Source: Camelus ferus
Taxonomy: Eukaryota
Reading direction: 5' to 3'
NCBI RefSeq assembly: GCF_009834535.1
Contig: NC_045708.1
Span: 52,948,001-53,012,000, forward strand
Length of the DNA stretch: 64,000 nucleotides
The position numbers and the translations under genes were made by a program. Numbering within the stretch: position 1 is the stretch's first letter; the number at the start of each line of letters is the position of its first letter. Shown in pieces: positions 36,078-49,263 of the stretch. Under the pieces are notes generated by a model. The model was not told where the DNA came from. It searched no databases and saw nothing but the letters and a program-made list of their open reading frames with translations.

Positions 36078-38099
36078 GATAAAGAAATGTTTTCTGTCAA
36101 TTTTTAAACATGTGTGTGAATTCAATACATTCTTTAAAACAGTGGATTATGGAGGTAAATTAGACTTCCAGCTTCAAAAATGCAAGGACTCTCCATTATT
36201 TTTGTGTCCTGTGGCTTAACATTGTACCTTATATAAAGTCTATATCCAGTAATACTTGTGGAATGAATGAGTGAACATGAGCCATCTCTTAACCTTATAG
36301 AAATCGTTGTTGGACTTTGCTATTGATTTGTGTGATAAAGCAAGATAAGAATTTCTACACACATGCATAAATAATTTGGAAGAATTATTCATAGACTATC
36401 AAAATAATACAAAGAAGAAATTGTTAGATTCAATTACAGCATCCTGAAAAGGTTTTACAAATCGAGGTTTTGGCCTGCATTTTAAAATTTGGATTCTTTT
36501 TGATCTTTTTCACCTTTTGGGTATAAAATAAACACCATATTTCCTATGGCATTTCAGAGAACTGAACTTGATAATTCTGGCAGTGCTATTTTGCTCTTTG
36601 AAGACATTCAACAGCAAGCACATATGTGTCTGACTAAATGTCACTATGCTTAAGGTTTCTATAATTTGGATTCGGAGGCTGGCAAAGAGAGAAGGAAGAC
36701 AGAACTTTTTAGTTTCTTATCACCGTGTCCCATGGTGTTTCTTTGTTCATTTGATTCTAATGATTCCAACAGGAGTTGAAACAAAAGCTGGAGTATTGGC
36801 CTACCACGGGTTAATTACTTAGTGGCAGGGCTATTTCTTGAGTCTGATGGTGGGGAATGGGTCAGAAAAGACTAATTAGACAAGCTTCAAGTTCTAGGGA
36901 AATGCTAGTGGAACAGGTGACAATAAACTGGTGATAATTGAGGGGCTAATTATCCTCCACCTAGCAATTGGCCACCAGGTGTTCTGTAGCACATAAAAGA
37001 AAGGACTGGCAGAGCGACAAGGCTGTGTTGTTCGGAGATACAAGGAGGGTGGGGGGAATGGGAGGTGGAACACACACAAACCCCAGAGGATTTTACAATC
37101 CATAAAATGATGTTTCTTATATTTTTCACTTAATCTTTCCTCCTGCTTTGGGCAGAAAATTGGACTAAAGATATGTGCTGGTGTTTTGTTTCCTTTGTTT
37201 TTTAAAGAACTGGTGTCCTTCCTAGTCTATCTACCCATGAAGAATTTCAGTGTTGGGTATACATATACATACACATATATCCTTGTAATTGAGTTTATGG
37301 TAACAATCTACACGGAGCATTTATTACCTGGAAAGTTTATTGGCATTTAGAAAGTCCAAGATTAATAATAGAATGGAAACCAACCAGTCTGAATTGTTAT
37401 GCACAACCATTTGTTTCACAACGACCAAACTTTCCCTTATTCATGCTGTATTGGGATATAATGAGTTCTCAGAATGTCTCTAGTGCTGTGAGAGATATTA
37501 CTCAGGTACCCCTTAAAGGATTTTTCAGCTCTCTCTTACTGTTCTAATTTGTCGTTTTGTAAAGAATCAGCATTCAGAGTTCAGTAACTAAACAGAACTG
37601 TGTTTGATGTAGTATTTTATAGGCAGCACAAATCAATTGAAAGAGTGAATACATGGGCTAATCATTACCATTAAAATAATATAATATCCTATTCAGAAAT
37701 ATGTCTGTAAGCCAGAGACAGCATGAAGAAGGTAGAAATTGTTTTTAAATGGCAAAGGTGAAAAGGAGGCTGTCAGAAGAGTTAAGCTTAGACATACATG
37801 ACTCTTACCTTGTCCACCAGCTCTGATTCTGCTGTTTTGCAAGGAACAGACTCATCCTTTGGTCCAGGATGGAGAAGGTGTGGCTTCTTTGGAGAAGGGC
37901 ACTTTGCTCTGGAGCTAGGACCCCTCTCCTCCCAGATTCTCAGGGCTCCATGCGGGTGGAGCTTCCTGTGATGAACTTCTCTGGCCTAGGACAGCTATGC
38001 TGCAGGTTAAATGGCAGTTTTCAGGCCTGGATTTTTTTTGGGTTTTTTTTTTTTTTTTTTTTTTGGTTTGTTTTCTTCTGCTGTTGCCATTTCCCATGG

Positions 38100-38290
38100 T
38101 AGATGGAGCAATTTAAGGGTGACTTTGGAGCTGGATTTGAATCATAACTCTACCAATTACCAGTACTGTGACTTTGAGCAGCGACCTCAAATTCACTGAC
38201 TTTTGTTGTTTCTCATCTGTAGAATAAAAGTAATGATTACTACATTGCAGGGAACCTGTAAGGATTAAATAAGATTTAAAATGCCTTTTG
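38100..38290 (+). mobile_element. MIR SINE
   Basis: ggatttgaatcataactctaccaattaccagtactgtgactttgagcag...tttctcatctgtagaataaaagtaatga...gtaaggattaaataaga. Confidence 0.75.
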
Positions 38291-38612
38291 TATCATTAAA
38301 TTCTGACTGGAAAAATGAAACTACTGTCTAGTGTATAAACACCACGAGTGTATTGTACAGGAAACTGAATACAGAGAATGTGTTACAAGTGTAATGGAAG
38401 AGCTAAAAAGCCAAACAAGGAATTGGTGGTTAGTAGCAGCAGGAAGCAAATTCCACTCCTATGCTGAGAGCACAGGGAGAGGGGACAGTGTTACTAGAAC
38501 TCAGGGACCATGTTGATCTGGGCAAGCCAAAGCTACAGCCAGTGTGTCTCCATGCAGGACACACTAACACTGAACTCTCAGAAACAGAGAGAGAGGAGAA
38601 ATATCTTACTTT

Positions 38613-39255
38613 TGTTGCCAGCGAGTAGGTTCTTGTCTTGTCACAGAAAGAATTCAGAGATGAGACACGGGGGTTAAGAAAGTAAAGTGAGGATTTATTA
38701 AAGGGTGGATAGTACACTCTCAGGGGAGAGCGGGCAGGCTCAGGTGAGCAGCTGGCCTGTGTATCTTTGGCAAGTTGATTACACAGGGTGTAAAAATGAA
38801 TGGGTGGGATATTGACTGGAGAGGGATGGGTTTGGGGTCTATTCCCTATTTTCCATCCCAGCTCCACATTCCCACGAGGAGGGGGAGTTTTTGTCCTTAT
38901 TTAGTCTGGATTGAAAGTGTCATGGCGTCAGTGCATGATGCGTACTTCTAATCTGCAAGGCTAATTTTATTGTAATAAGGGTATAACGAGTAAAAGGTTA
39001 CATTCAGACACTGGAGACTCCTGCCTTTTCACACCTTTCTTTGTCAGTCTCCAGGCCACTTGTTACCCCAAAATGTGTGATCTCTGAATAGTCCAGAGGT
39101 TCCTGCTTTTCTCTGTCTGCCCAAGGACCCCTATTGTTTACATGATGTAGGGTTTCCTGCATTTGGCTCATGCCCCTCCTTTTTTGCCCAATTCTTGCCA
39201 TTTGGTCTGCATTCCCCTTTCTCTGCTCATGTCTAGCTATCTGCCTGCTCTAACA
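38613..39255 (-). mobile_element. ERV1-class solo LTR, 643 bp
   Basis: Has tg...ca termini and a perfect 4-bp TSD cttt (38609-38612, 39256-39259). The minus strand starts tgttagagcaggcagatagctagacatgagcag, has AATAAA (tttatt near 38694-38699), and ends in a U5 gtgtctcatctctgaattctttctgtgacaagacaagaacc...ggcaaca. Confidence 0.9.
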
Positions 39256-41466
39256 CTTTTCCCTTGCTCCACCCTTAGCCTTTACCCCTTGCCTCCAATC
39301 AGCTGAACTAAGCCAGAAGCCACCAGACTTGGAAGCCAGCATGAGAAATGCCACAGCCTACTGGACACAACTCCGCTGAGATCCAGAGAGCACAGGAGAA
39401 AGGCAAAGAATGGCTCAGACAGTAATGGTCCAAGGACTGTTACCCATGGCACATTGCCTGCTACTTGGTTAGGACTTAACTGAGATGTAAACGGGTCCAT
39501 GTCTTTTCTTTCCTTTGGGTCCAGGAGTCTTGCAGTTCACTTTCCCCTCCCTCATTCCTCTACCCCAACTTTTTAAAGGTCCCTGGAGCCTGAGAGAGGT
39601 CAGAGAAGAAACTTCAGCCTTTGCCTAGCACCTGAATTTTCTCCCTTCCTACACTACTGATTTCTTGGAATCCACCTCTTTCCCCTCCATTTTTCTGAGA
39701 GAAAATAATTTACCTTTTAGGTGAATGTAAGGAGTGAGGATTTTTTTAAGACCTTTCACCTTGTTCCCCTGCGGGGAACCTTCCAGATTCCCGTTTGTCA
39801 TCCTCAGCCCAGGGAACCTGATTTACTTTAAAAGCATACATCCAAATTATTTCATCATATTAGGTGCTAGAAAACCCTGCCATAACTGACTTTGATGACT
39901 GTAATGCTTCACAGTAATGCCCAGGACTGATTAAAAGAAGACCAGTTCTTAAATAACTGCTGAAAAACCAAGAAACTTTATTCTTGACCCCTGGCTGCAT
40001 TTATCACAGATTTCTTAGCAGGCTTGTGTATCTCGTTTCCCTACATGCAGCAGGTCATCAAAACCAAGAGCATAAGGGGAATGAGGAAAATAAGAACGAT
40101 CCACAAATACACAGATCCTTACAGGTAAGCCTGGATTTGGTGGAGAAGCATAAAGGAAGATGGAGAGCCAAGATGAATCAAACTACATTCCCTTGATGCT
40201 CTGGTTGTTGTGAATGATTGTCTTGAGTAAAGGAATATCGAATTGTTTATAGTGTCTTCTGGTTAAGGAGGCTGTATACATCCTGAAAGATTTTGGACCA
40301 AAGAAAATGGTTAAAGATTTGACTTACTAAGAAGTAATCCTTAGTTATGTGAATAACTATCTACACTGGTCCACTCTGGCCTTCTTTTATGCCATTCAGA
40401 TGAAGTATTACTGTATAGCAAAGCCTGCATTTTTTTTCTTTTTTAAAATAAGTTGCCCCACATAGAATCATCAAAGGTTTATTACTTTCTAAAAGCTGAA
40501 TGAAGAACCAGATAACATTTGTATTATGAAATAGATTCCTTTTTTACTTCTCTGTGCTTAATATGTATGTAGAAATTAGATGTGAAAGATCAGAGAAAGA
40601 CTACAATAGCCTTTTTCTTTCATTGTGCAAGTACCTATCTAAGACGCCCCCAAACTTAGAACTGGACGTCAGGAGAGGCATCTGTGGAGTCAGGATTCAT
40701 GAGGTGAGAGGTTAAAGATAAGAGCACCTGAGTGTGGATTTTAATCCACTGGGGGATAAGCTGCGTAGGGACTGTGCAGAATGCAGCTGCTAAACCACAG
40801 CCTGTGACAATTCAGAAAACCCATCTTTCTTAGCCTTAAAATAAAAGCTTTTCTCACATCAAGGACTGTCTGGAGAATATGTCTTCTGTAAACTCTGCAT
40901 GAAGACTGATTTAAGATTACTGAAAGAATAATGCAGCATATTTCATTGGGGATATATTTCCAAATTAGAGTAGCTTTTCTTTTATGGTTTCCCATCTTGT
41001 TAGCTCTTCAGGGGTTTGAAGTTCTTGATTTTTTTGTGTGACTCATGCGTTCCTATTGTTTTGAAAAGATCCTTAGCCAAAGTCTAAAATATTTGGAAAG
41101 AAGAGTCAGCAATGGTTTGATTTAGTTCGCTCCAATAGCCATCAATTTCCAGGAGAAAAAAATAGGCAAATAAATTAGCTGAGTACTATCCTAAAACATC
41201 TAGACAGGTCCGGTGATCTATTACCTCGAAAACCAGCACCTGTCAGAGTAAAAGGGGTGGTGAGAAAGAAGGGATTCTGGATTCTAAGCCACAGTAGTAA
41301 ACTGTGTAAACACTATAAGCTTTCAGGAGACTGCTTAATGTTTCCATTAGTTAAGTGTTATCACTGTTGTTTGAAAGAAAAAAAAATCACTCAATCTAGT
41401 GAGACAAAAATAACACTGAGATACTAATTTTTGATTTTTGGTTATTCTTCATTAACTTATTTCTTT

Positions 41467-41631
41467 TTTGTTATTTTTTAGACATTTTTTGTTGAAGTAT
41501 AGTTAGTTTACAATGTGGTGTCAATTTCTGGTGTACAGCACAATACTTCAGTCATATATGAACATGCATATATTCGTTTTCATATTCTTTTTCACCATAA
41601 GTTACTACAAGGTGTTTAGTATAGTTTCCTG
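41467..41631 (-). mobile_element. Very short (165 bp) 5'-truncated camelid-type L1 3' end
   Basis: gaagtatagttagtttacaatgtggtgtcaatttctggtgtacagcacaatacttcagtcat is the same family as 10426-11042. 12-bp TSD actt[a/c]tttcttt at 41455-41466 and 41632-41643 (1 mismatch). Confidence 0.8.
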
Positions 41632-41689
41632 ACTTCTTTCTTTCCTCATTTCAAATAGATAGCCAGGCTTTTAAAAATGTAGTTCTTTA

Positions 41690-42290
41690 CCCCTCTCCTT
41701 TGTTTTTCCAGTTTTATTGAGATATAATTGACATACATCACTGTGTAAGTTTCAGGTACACAACATAAAGGTTTGACTTATACATATCATGAAATGATTA
41801 CCACAATAAGTTTAGTCAACATTCATCATCTCATATAGATATAATAGAAAGAAACGGGGGGAAAAAGAAAAAAGTTTTCTCTTTGTAAGGAGAACTCTTA
41901 GGATTTACTCTCAGCTTTCATATATAGCATACATCTGTGTTAACTATAGTCATCATGTTATGCATTACATTTCTAGTACTTACTTATGACTGGAAGTTTG
42001 TATCTTTTGACTACTTTTCTCCAATTCAGCCTCCCCTCACCCCCACCTTTGGTAACTATAAACCTGCTCTCTTTTCCTATGAGTTTTTTTCCACACATAA
42101 ATAAGATCATACAGTGTTTGTCTCTCTCTGTCTGACCTATTTCACTTAGCATAATGCCTTCAAGGTCCATTTATGTTGTCACAAATGGCAGGATTTCCTC
42201 ATTCTTTTAGTGGTTGAATGATACTCTGTTGTACTCTTAGCATACGTAGGTTGCTCTTTCCATGTCTTGGCTATTGTAAATATTGCTGGA
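41690..42290 (-). mobile_element. Older L1 (L1MA-type) 3' end
   Basis: ttttattgagatataattgacatacatcactgtgtaagtttcaggtacac...ctgacctatttcacttagcataatgccttcaaggtccatttatgttgtcacaaatggcaggattt...tttccatgtcttggctattgtaaata. Confidence 0.85.
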
Positions 42291-42949
42291 TGGCCAGTAC
42301 CTAAACTGGAAGCTGTTGGAAGGCAACATCTTTTGTGAAAGCCGAAACTCTTTGAAGAGACTGTGTGAGGTGAGGACGGAGAAGGGAATGTCTTTAAGAG
42401 AATATAGGGAGGGCAAGAGTGAGGGTGAGAGCATGAGCTTTTTCCCTCTTACTATGGCCTTTGTGGGTCCTGTTGGTGGTAGGGACTTGCTCAGTGCTCG
42501 TGGCAGTGGCATCAGAAGGGGCAGATGGGGATGGAACTGTGGTCACCACTGGAGCCTAGACCCCAGGCACAAGATCCTCTAGCTTCACTTAAGTTTCACA
42601 TACACTGAGCTCAGCTGAGACTCCGAATCCCAAGAGACCCTGAGAACTGAGATAGTGTGTCTTGGCCATGACCCCGCTGAGAAACAACCACTTACTGAAT
42701 GAAGGGGCCTTCTTGAACCATTGGTGTTGCCCGAGACCGTGGAACTTTCACGTGAAACTGTGAGTGGGTGTGAGAGTGGGAGCAGTAATGAATGAGGTAA
42801 AGTCCCAGCCAGTCTGGTAGGATGAGGATTGGGAGATGGATTTAAGTGGACTTAGAGAAATAAATAAAATTGGATATTTCTCGTAGTTTACTGAGTAAGA
42901 TTCAGACCCACTGTACTTAGGCAGAAATGAAAAGTTTATCCTAAGGATA

Positions 42950-43290
42950 AAATGGTGCTGTAGCCTTGCTTACATCTCCAAACTTACCTCATTCTATCAC
43001 CCTCCTTCCTTCCTGTCCTCGAGCCTTGCTGATTAGTTCCCAACCTGCCATGCTCCTTTATACCTGAGGAACTCTGCGCTTAAACTTCAGTTTGCCTGAA
43101 AAATGCTCCTCTAAATATTTACATGACTGACTTCTCACCTTTCAGATCTTCCCTTAAATGTCATTTCCTCGAGGTTATCCTTTATAAGCCTAATAAAAAG
43201 AGCCTTCTTTCACATCACTTCTATGGTAAAGCTGTTATTCTCTATTATCCTGCTTTACATTGCTTCTAAGGAGTCATTCATTGTAAGCCA
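42950..43290 (+). mobile_element. L2 LINE fragment
   Basis: tctccaaacttacctcattc...ccaacctgccatgctcctttatacctgagg...tttgcctgaaaaatgctcctc...cttcccttaaatgtcatttcctcgagg. Confidence 0.55.
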
Positions 43291-43323
43291 GCCAGAGGGA
43301 CAGACAGACAGACAGAGAAATAA

Positions 43324-43702
43324 CGTATTAGTGTTCTAGGGCTGCCACACCACAGACCGAGTGTCTTAACAAGAGAAACTTATTTTCTTACAGTTCTGGA
43401 GGCTAGAAAGCCAAGGTCTAGGTGTTGGCAAGTTTAGCTTCTTCTGAGGCTTCTCTTCTTGGCTTGCAGATGGCTGCCTGCTTGCTGTATCCCCATATGG
43501 TTGAATGTGTGTGTGTGTCTTTGTCCTAATTTTCTTTTAAGAGTGCTAATCATATTAGACTACTCAGACTGGTCCACCCATATGATCTCATTTTGCCTTA
43601 ATTACTTTGTTAAAAAGTCCCCCAATACAGTCACATGCTGAGATATCAGGGGTTAGGGCTTCAACATATGAATTTTGAGGGGATACAAGTCAGTTCATAA
43701 CA
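43324..43702 (-). mobile_element. MLT1A/B-type MaLR solo LTR
   Basis: gtattagtgttctagggctgcc...acagttctggaggctagaaagccaag...cttggcttgcagatggctgcc...ggggttagggcttcaacatatgaattttgaggggatacaagtcagttcataaca. Confidence 0.85.
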
Positions 43703-44429
43703 GATAGAATCTCACAAGGTTATTCTGTTGGGGAGAGACACTGGTGTGGCTGTGAGCCCAGGGAGAGGTTTGGGACCCTCCTACTTAGCCTAATGCTCAC
43801 TCTCCCGCCTTAAGAGATACCTAACATCTCTAACTCCTAAGCCTTGTGGTGCTAATGACATGAATCAGCTTTCTCCTGTTGCTTTTCTGTACCCCACCTC
43901 TGCTTCTTTCCTCTACCAGTCACTTAAATCATAGGAAACTCAAATTATGTTCAGTTACTAGCTATCTAGCTGCTTCTTGGCTTCTGAGATTATTGTTGAC
44001 ATTTCTTATTGTTGTCTTTTTTACTTACGTTATTTTTTATATATTTTTTCTTCCTATACAATAATTTTTGTAGGGTTTCATGGTGTTGTGGGCATAAATT
44101 TGTTCTATGTTTAAAATCTGTTATGTTACTTTTAGATTTGTTTAATACAACTTTAAGGTTCTTAACTCTGGTTCCTGAATCCTGGAAAGTTCCTTATTAT
44201 TAATTGTGCAAAAGTTCTATTCTTAATGATCAATCCATTTCTTTCTATAAAATTAAGTATATAAGAAGGAGTATTATCCAGAAAATTATAAACATTGCAT
44301 CTAACATTGGCTTTAGTTACTGTGGATCTGGTGAAATTTTTATGTATAAACCTGGGTCAGTATAACACAAAATAATATCACATAATAACATTTAGCTTAT
44401 TAAAAAAGATATTTGGCTCAATGTAGCTT

Positions 44430-44860
44430 TCAATTTCAGTGCTTATTACTTGTCGAGACAAAGCCTCCATGTAGTCCAACCAAATTATCAGCTTGTTGTT
44501 CTCCAAACACGCCTACACATTTCAGCCTTTGTGCTTTTGTTTAGTGTATTTCCTCTTCTAAGAATGATTCATCCTCATTTGTTAAAATCCTTTCCATTTT
44601 TCAAAGCCCACCTCAAAAGCCACCTTTCCTAAGACTTTTTATCTCAATGTTGTGTCTCTCCTTTGGACTTAGCATTTGTACTTCTCTACTTTCCCTTACT
44701 TGATTCTAGTCAAGTAGTGTGTAAACTTGGTTTATCTTTCTTACTAGACTACAAGCATCTAGAAAACCAAGAGAGTTCTAGTCAATTCTTCAGGAGTGCC
44801 TATAGCACTACTTTGCATTTAGTTAAGAGCTCAGTAAAATCTGTTGATGTAAATTGAACT
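44430..44860 (+). mobile_element. L2 LINE 3' fragment
   Basis: tcctttccatttttcaaagcccacctcaaaagccacctttcc...actagactacaagcatctagaaaacc...gcctatagcactactttgcatttagttaagagctcagtaaaatctgttg. Confidence 0.6.
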
Positions 44861-44911
44861 CCCAAATCACAGTAACTTTTAGTTAAGTATTAGGAAATAT
44901 AAACTTATTTA

Positions 44912-45239
44912 CAGGCACACCTTGGTGATATTGTAGGTTCAGGTCCAGACCACCTCAAGACAGTGAATATCGCAATAAAGTGAGTCACACAAATTTTTTT
45001 GGTTCCCCAGTGCATACAAAAGTTATGTTGACACTATACTTTAGTCTGTTAAGTGTGCAGTAGCATCACGCCTAAAAAACAATGTGTATACCTTAATTTT
45101 AAAATACTGTATTGCTAAAAAATGTTAACCATCATCTAACAACACAGGGTCACCATAAGTCTTCAATTTGTAAAAAAAAAAAAAGTGCAATATCCACAAA
45201 GTGCAACAAAGTGAAGCACAATAAAATTAGGTCTGCCTA
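44912..45239 (+). mobile_element. Tigger1-derived internally deleted element (Tigger1a-type, TcMar)
   Basis: The 5' end caggcacaccttggtgatattgtaggttcaggtccagaccac is joined to the 3' end ...gtcttcaatttgtaaaaaa...aagtgaagcacaataaaattaggtctgccta. TA TSDs at 44910-44911 and 45240-45241. Confidence 0.85.
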
Positions 45240-48200
45240 TAAATACTAATCTCTATAAAATAATCAGAAAGCTAAATCTGTTGACTATTATGCATCCTCC
45301 TGCCAAATTAAAACTCAAACCAAAGCATTGTCAATGCAAAATTATACTTCATTTTCATATTACATAAGTAGTTTGGGGATTTTTGTTTGTTTGTTTTCTG
45401 CATTTTTTTAAAAATTAGGAAAGTGTCTTGAAAACTAATTACATAGACTCATAAGAAAAGGTTTTAGAACAAGTTTGAGTCTGTTAAATTCAAAAGGCCC
45501 AAGGAGCGTCTTTGGTTATTATTAGAATAACAGAAAATGGAGAAGACATCTGTTTAAGAGATATTCCTGCTGAAACAGAATTGGGAGCAGAGATCAGTAC
45601 TTTAAGAAGGGAAGAGAGCAGAACTAAGCAGATGACGCATCTAGCAGTTTTTCCCCGAGAGGTTTTGAGTACAAAGCGGTGGCAGTACCAATGTACCAAA
45701 AGCCCTTCAGGGAATCATGAAGCTTCAGTGCACTGATCTGTGCCACAGAATAGGATGTTCAGAGGCACGGAGATGGGCCAGCCACAATAATTTCAGAAGA
45801 GTTTGACTTCCTTAAAACCAACACACATTTCAATATAACAAATAGTGCAATTTTTCAACATTGCACAGCTTTGTCAAGTGATAACCAGTGATTTCTTCAT
45901 CTTGTTTGTTCCACGACTATGTCATCAGGGACAAAATAAAGCAAATTTTCTTTTTCAGCACACTGTACACCTGACCAAGCAGTGGTATGTTATGAGGAAA
46001 ATGAAAATGCAGGAAGATACATGAATAGGCATTTAAAAAAAATTAAGCCAAAGGAGTATCAGGCCAGTACTTTGTCCCTTTATAGGTTATAATAAGTATC
46101 TGCTCAATAAATGAGTAACAGGTTACTGCCTCAAATCTGGTCAATGATGATTACATATTAATTGATAGTTATAAGCTGATATGAAAGAAATAAGAAGAAC
46201 TAATCAAAATATCTTTTTCTGTACTGTGGAGGTTATCAAACCATGTTCCCTATATAGACCTAAGCATGTTAGAACAGGTTACAACATCAAATAACTCAGT
46301 TTCTTATTATGCGCAGGGGAGTCTAGTACATGGACTGTTGGACAGCACTGTTTGTCCAGTGCTGAAAGCTACTTAGCCCAAAGCTAAAATTCAGGACTAG
46401 AATTCTAGCCGCCTCCTTTTTTGGTTCACCTGTCATGCTTTTTCTACTCACTACTCTGCCAAAAACAGAGTTAGTGAGCAATAGATGGAACAACTATTCT
46501 GATAATTTACAAACACAAAATCCCTTTGAAGCCCTAATTTATTTTTATCAGGACTATATAATTCTTTAATTGTTTTTGTAGTGTTGTGTGTTTATCTCCA
46601 GCTAGAAAGAATGAGTCATAACCATACGCCTTCATTCACCCACTTGTCTAACATTTATTACTATGTTCTTATTATGTGTTACTTTCAGCAAAATCTATTG
46701 TTTAAGTTCATTGATGATATTCTTAATAATGATGGGTTTTTGATACAAACAAGTGCATTCACATAGTTTAAGGGGAAACAAATAGGCTTTATAAAGAATT
46801 TATCCCTGTTTTATTTAAGATCCTTTCATTTGGCATCCAGTCTATTTTCCTCTATGGCTACGAACAATTCCTTTACCTCAGTCATTTGTAAACCAGTGCC
46901 CTTAATTCCAGCACTACTCAAGAGTATAGATGAATCATCACTATTCAGTCTCTTATATGGTAAGTATGTAGCAGAGTCATATTATTTTGGACAGGGCTAC
47001 AGGGAAACAGGACTGGTCTGTTATTACAGATGAGATCCTCTGGTTTTTAAGAAAAATTGTACTAAACATAATGTATATAAAAGCGAAGTAATCTTAATGG
47101 CTATTTAACCTCTCTTGTAGGAACTTGGTCGTTGGGCAGTAGTATGGAGCTTTTCAAGGGCATTTGTGATGGATTTCTTTTTATAGCTTTCATGATTATT
47201 AGGCAAAAGCATGTCATGAGAATAGTAAACCATGCCTTTTGCTTTCTGAGCAGGTCTCTGTAAGCAATTTAATGTGGTTCACCGACAGAGGGTATGGTAG
47301 CTAGTCCATGTTAAGCCTAAACAAACTGCAGTAGAAATTGAAATGGTTGTTCCTGGCTCAATTCATGCCCCTGGATTAAACTGAAATATTGCCCATGTCA
47401 TGTAGGGATATTGAAGAGAGTTGTAATTCTCTTGGTTTCAACTAGGTACTGCCAGCAGTAACTGCCATATGAAAAACAGTGAAAATACATCTCCTGAAGA
47501 ATTATTAGTAAAAGGTGAAACTCCAACACAGAATGCAATTTGAAATAGCAATAAAATGGAGAGTAAGGAAAATTATTTGCTATCTAAAAGAGTAAAATTA
47601 TGGAAAGCTGTCATCAGTGAAATTACCCTCATTCCTAGAATTACAGAATTGTTTAGGTTTCTTTTACCGCTTCTGTTGAGTAGGCTGAGTTTACATTGTT
47701 TTCAGAGATACACACATTATATTATTTATTTCCCAAACTGGTAAAATTCCAGCATCATAAATAACTTTTCTCACAGCCTGTATGGTTTTATTTAGTGTGT
47801 ACACGTTAATGCCTTAAATTACGTTTCTATAGCATATTCAACGAGCATACTAATGAAAATCACAGTCGCTTCAGTGACCTTGAGACTGAACTTCAGTTCT
47901 TCACCTACAGAATTTTAAAAATACAGACATAGAGGAGGCACAGGGAAGATGCATAAGTAATTGTGGATTCAAAGCATATGTTTATCTCTGGGAGTATTTG
48001 CTCCTCAAATGTTGTTAATATTTAAATATACATTTTCTGAAAGTAGCCATTCTCTGACTTGTGCAACCATCCTAAAATTTTGCTGGCTGCCAGTCTTCCA
48101 GGTAGACCCCTTAACTGTGCTGGCCTCTATAATAAAAATTGTCAATTTCATAATCCTTTTAATCACCAAAGCACTTTGCAAATATTAACCAGGAGATCTC

Positions 48201-49263
48201 ACATAACTCCTCTGAGATATAGTTCTCTCTCTTCTTAGAGAAGGGACAACTGACTTGTCCTATAACTGCGAGAGAGCGTGAGGGACAGAACTGAAATTAA
48301 AATTCTGGGGCTAGCAATTACTGAAATCTACAGTCTGGTATCAGCAAAGCCATTTTTGGATTTTGATTTCCTAATGAGGAGTGGAGTATAGAGACACGAA
48401 GATATTAAAGACTATTTAGTTAAGTATATTCATACGTTACTTCTGCCATGCCGGTTTATGTTTCCCGAAATTCATAAGTGTGAGATTATAATAACAATAA
48501 TGGCACTAACAAAAACCCTAAAGTTATAATGAGCTTTTTTTTTTTTTTTAAATATCATTGTAACCTAGAGTGATCCCAAATCTCACTACTACTCAACCCA
48601 TCAGAAAATACTTGAAAATAATCTCTTCTGTTGAGGACATTCCAGGGAAAAGCAATACAGATTTTGTGATTATCAAATAAATTAAGTATTATTCCTCTTA
48701 TCCATCACCATTTTTTAGCTGTAACATTAGCACAGTATTTTTGAAGTGAACAGACAAAAAAAGTACTTTTTGGATGGTTGGTTTTGTACCATCTGCTGTT
48801 TTAAGAGAAAATTTAAATGAGGAAAGTATATTTTTTCAACTTACTTACATTCTACAGGATATATTTACATTCTACCTTAAAATGTATTAAAATTAAATCA
48901 ACATATTTTTATTATGAATGTAGTATATATTTAAAAAGTAGTTCAAACTAATATCATTGAACACTACAAAAACCTGAAAAAAAATCTGAAACCTGAAAAT
49001 TAAGATTTGGTAACAATTTACTTAAAGTAGAAGAGAAGATAGAAATATTAAAAAAAAAAAAAACAACAGAAAATCTGTCTATTAGGATAAGAATGGAAGA
49101 AGAAGACTGAAGAAAAAGAGAGAGGCATGACTAATTAACATTCTGGGCAATTATTAATGTGCTCTACTTCCTAGAAAATTTTAAAGCATAAGCTCACTGA
49201 ATATTTTAGACCTAGAAGGAATGTGAGCGAGATTATCTTATAATATGATATCTTCATTTAATA

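Noticed and set aside
37868-38007. Kozak-context ATG with MEKVWLLWRRALCSG, superficially like a mitochondrial transit peptide
   Set aside because: Weak donor (CAG|gttaaa). Splicing to the next good exon at 40051/40054 gives a stop within a few codons, and no promoter is visible.
42380-42850. GC-richer segment possibly from an L1 5' region or old LTR (similar case at 12600-12990)
   Set aside because: I could not assign a family or boundaries from sequence alone.
47040-47520. Segment initially suspected to be a NUMT or processed pseudogene
   Set aside because: Translations on both strands give no mitochondrial or known-protein motif, and no poly-A/TSD is visible.
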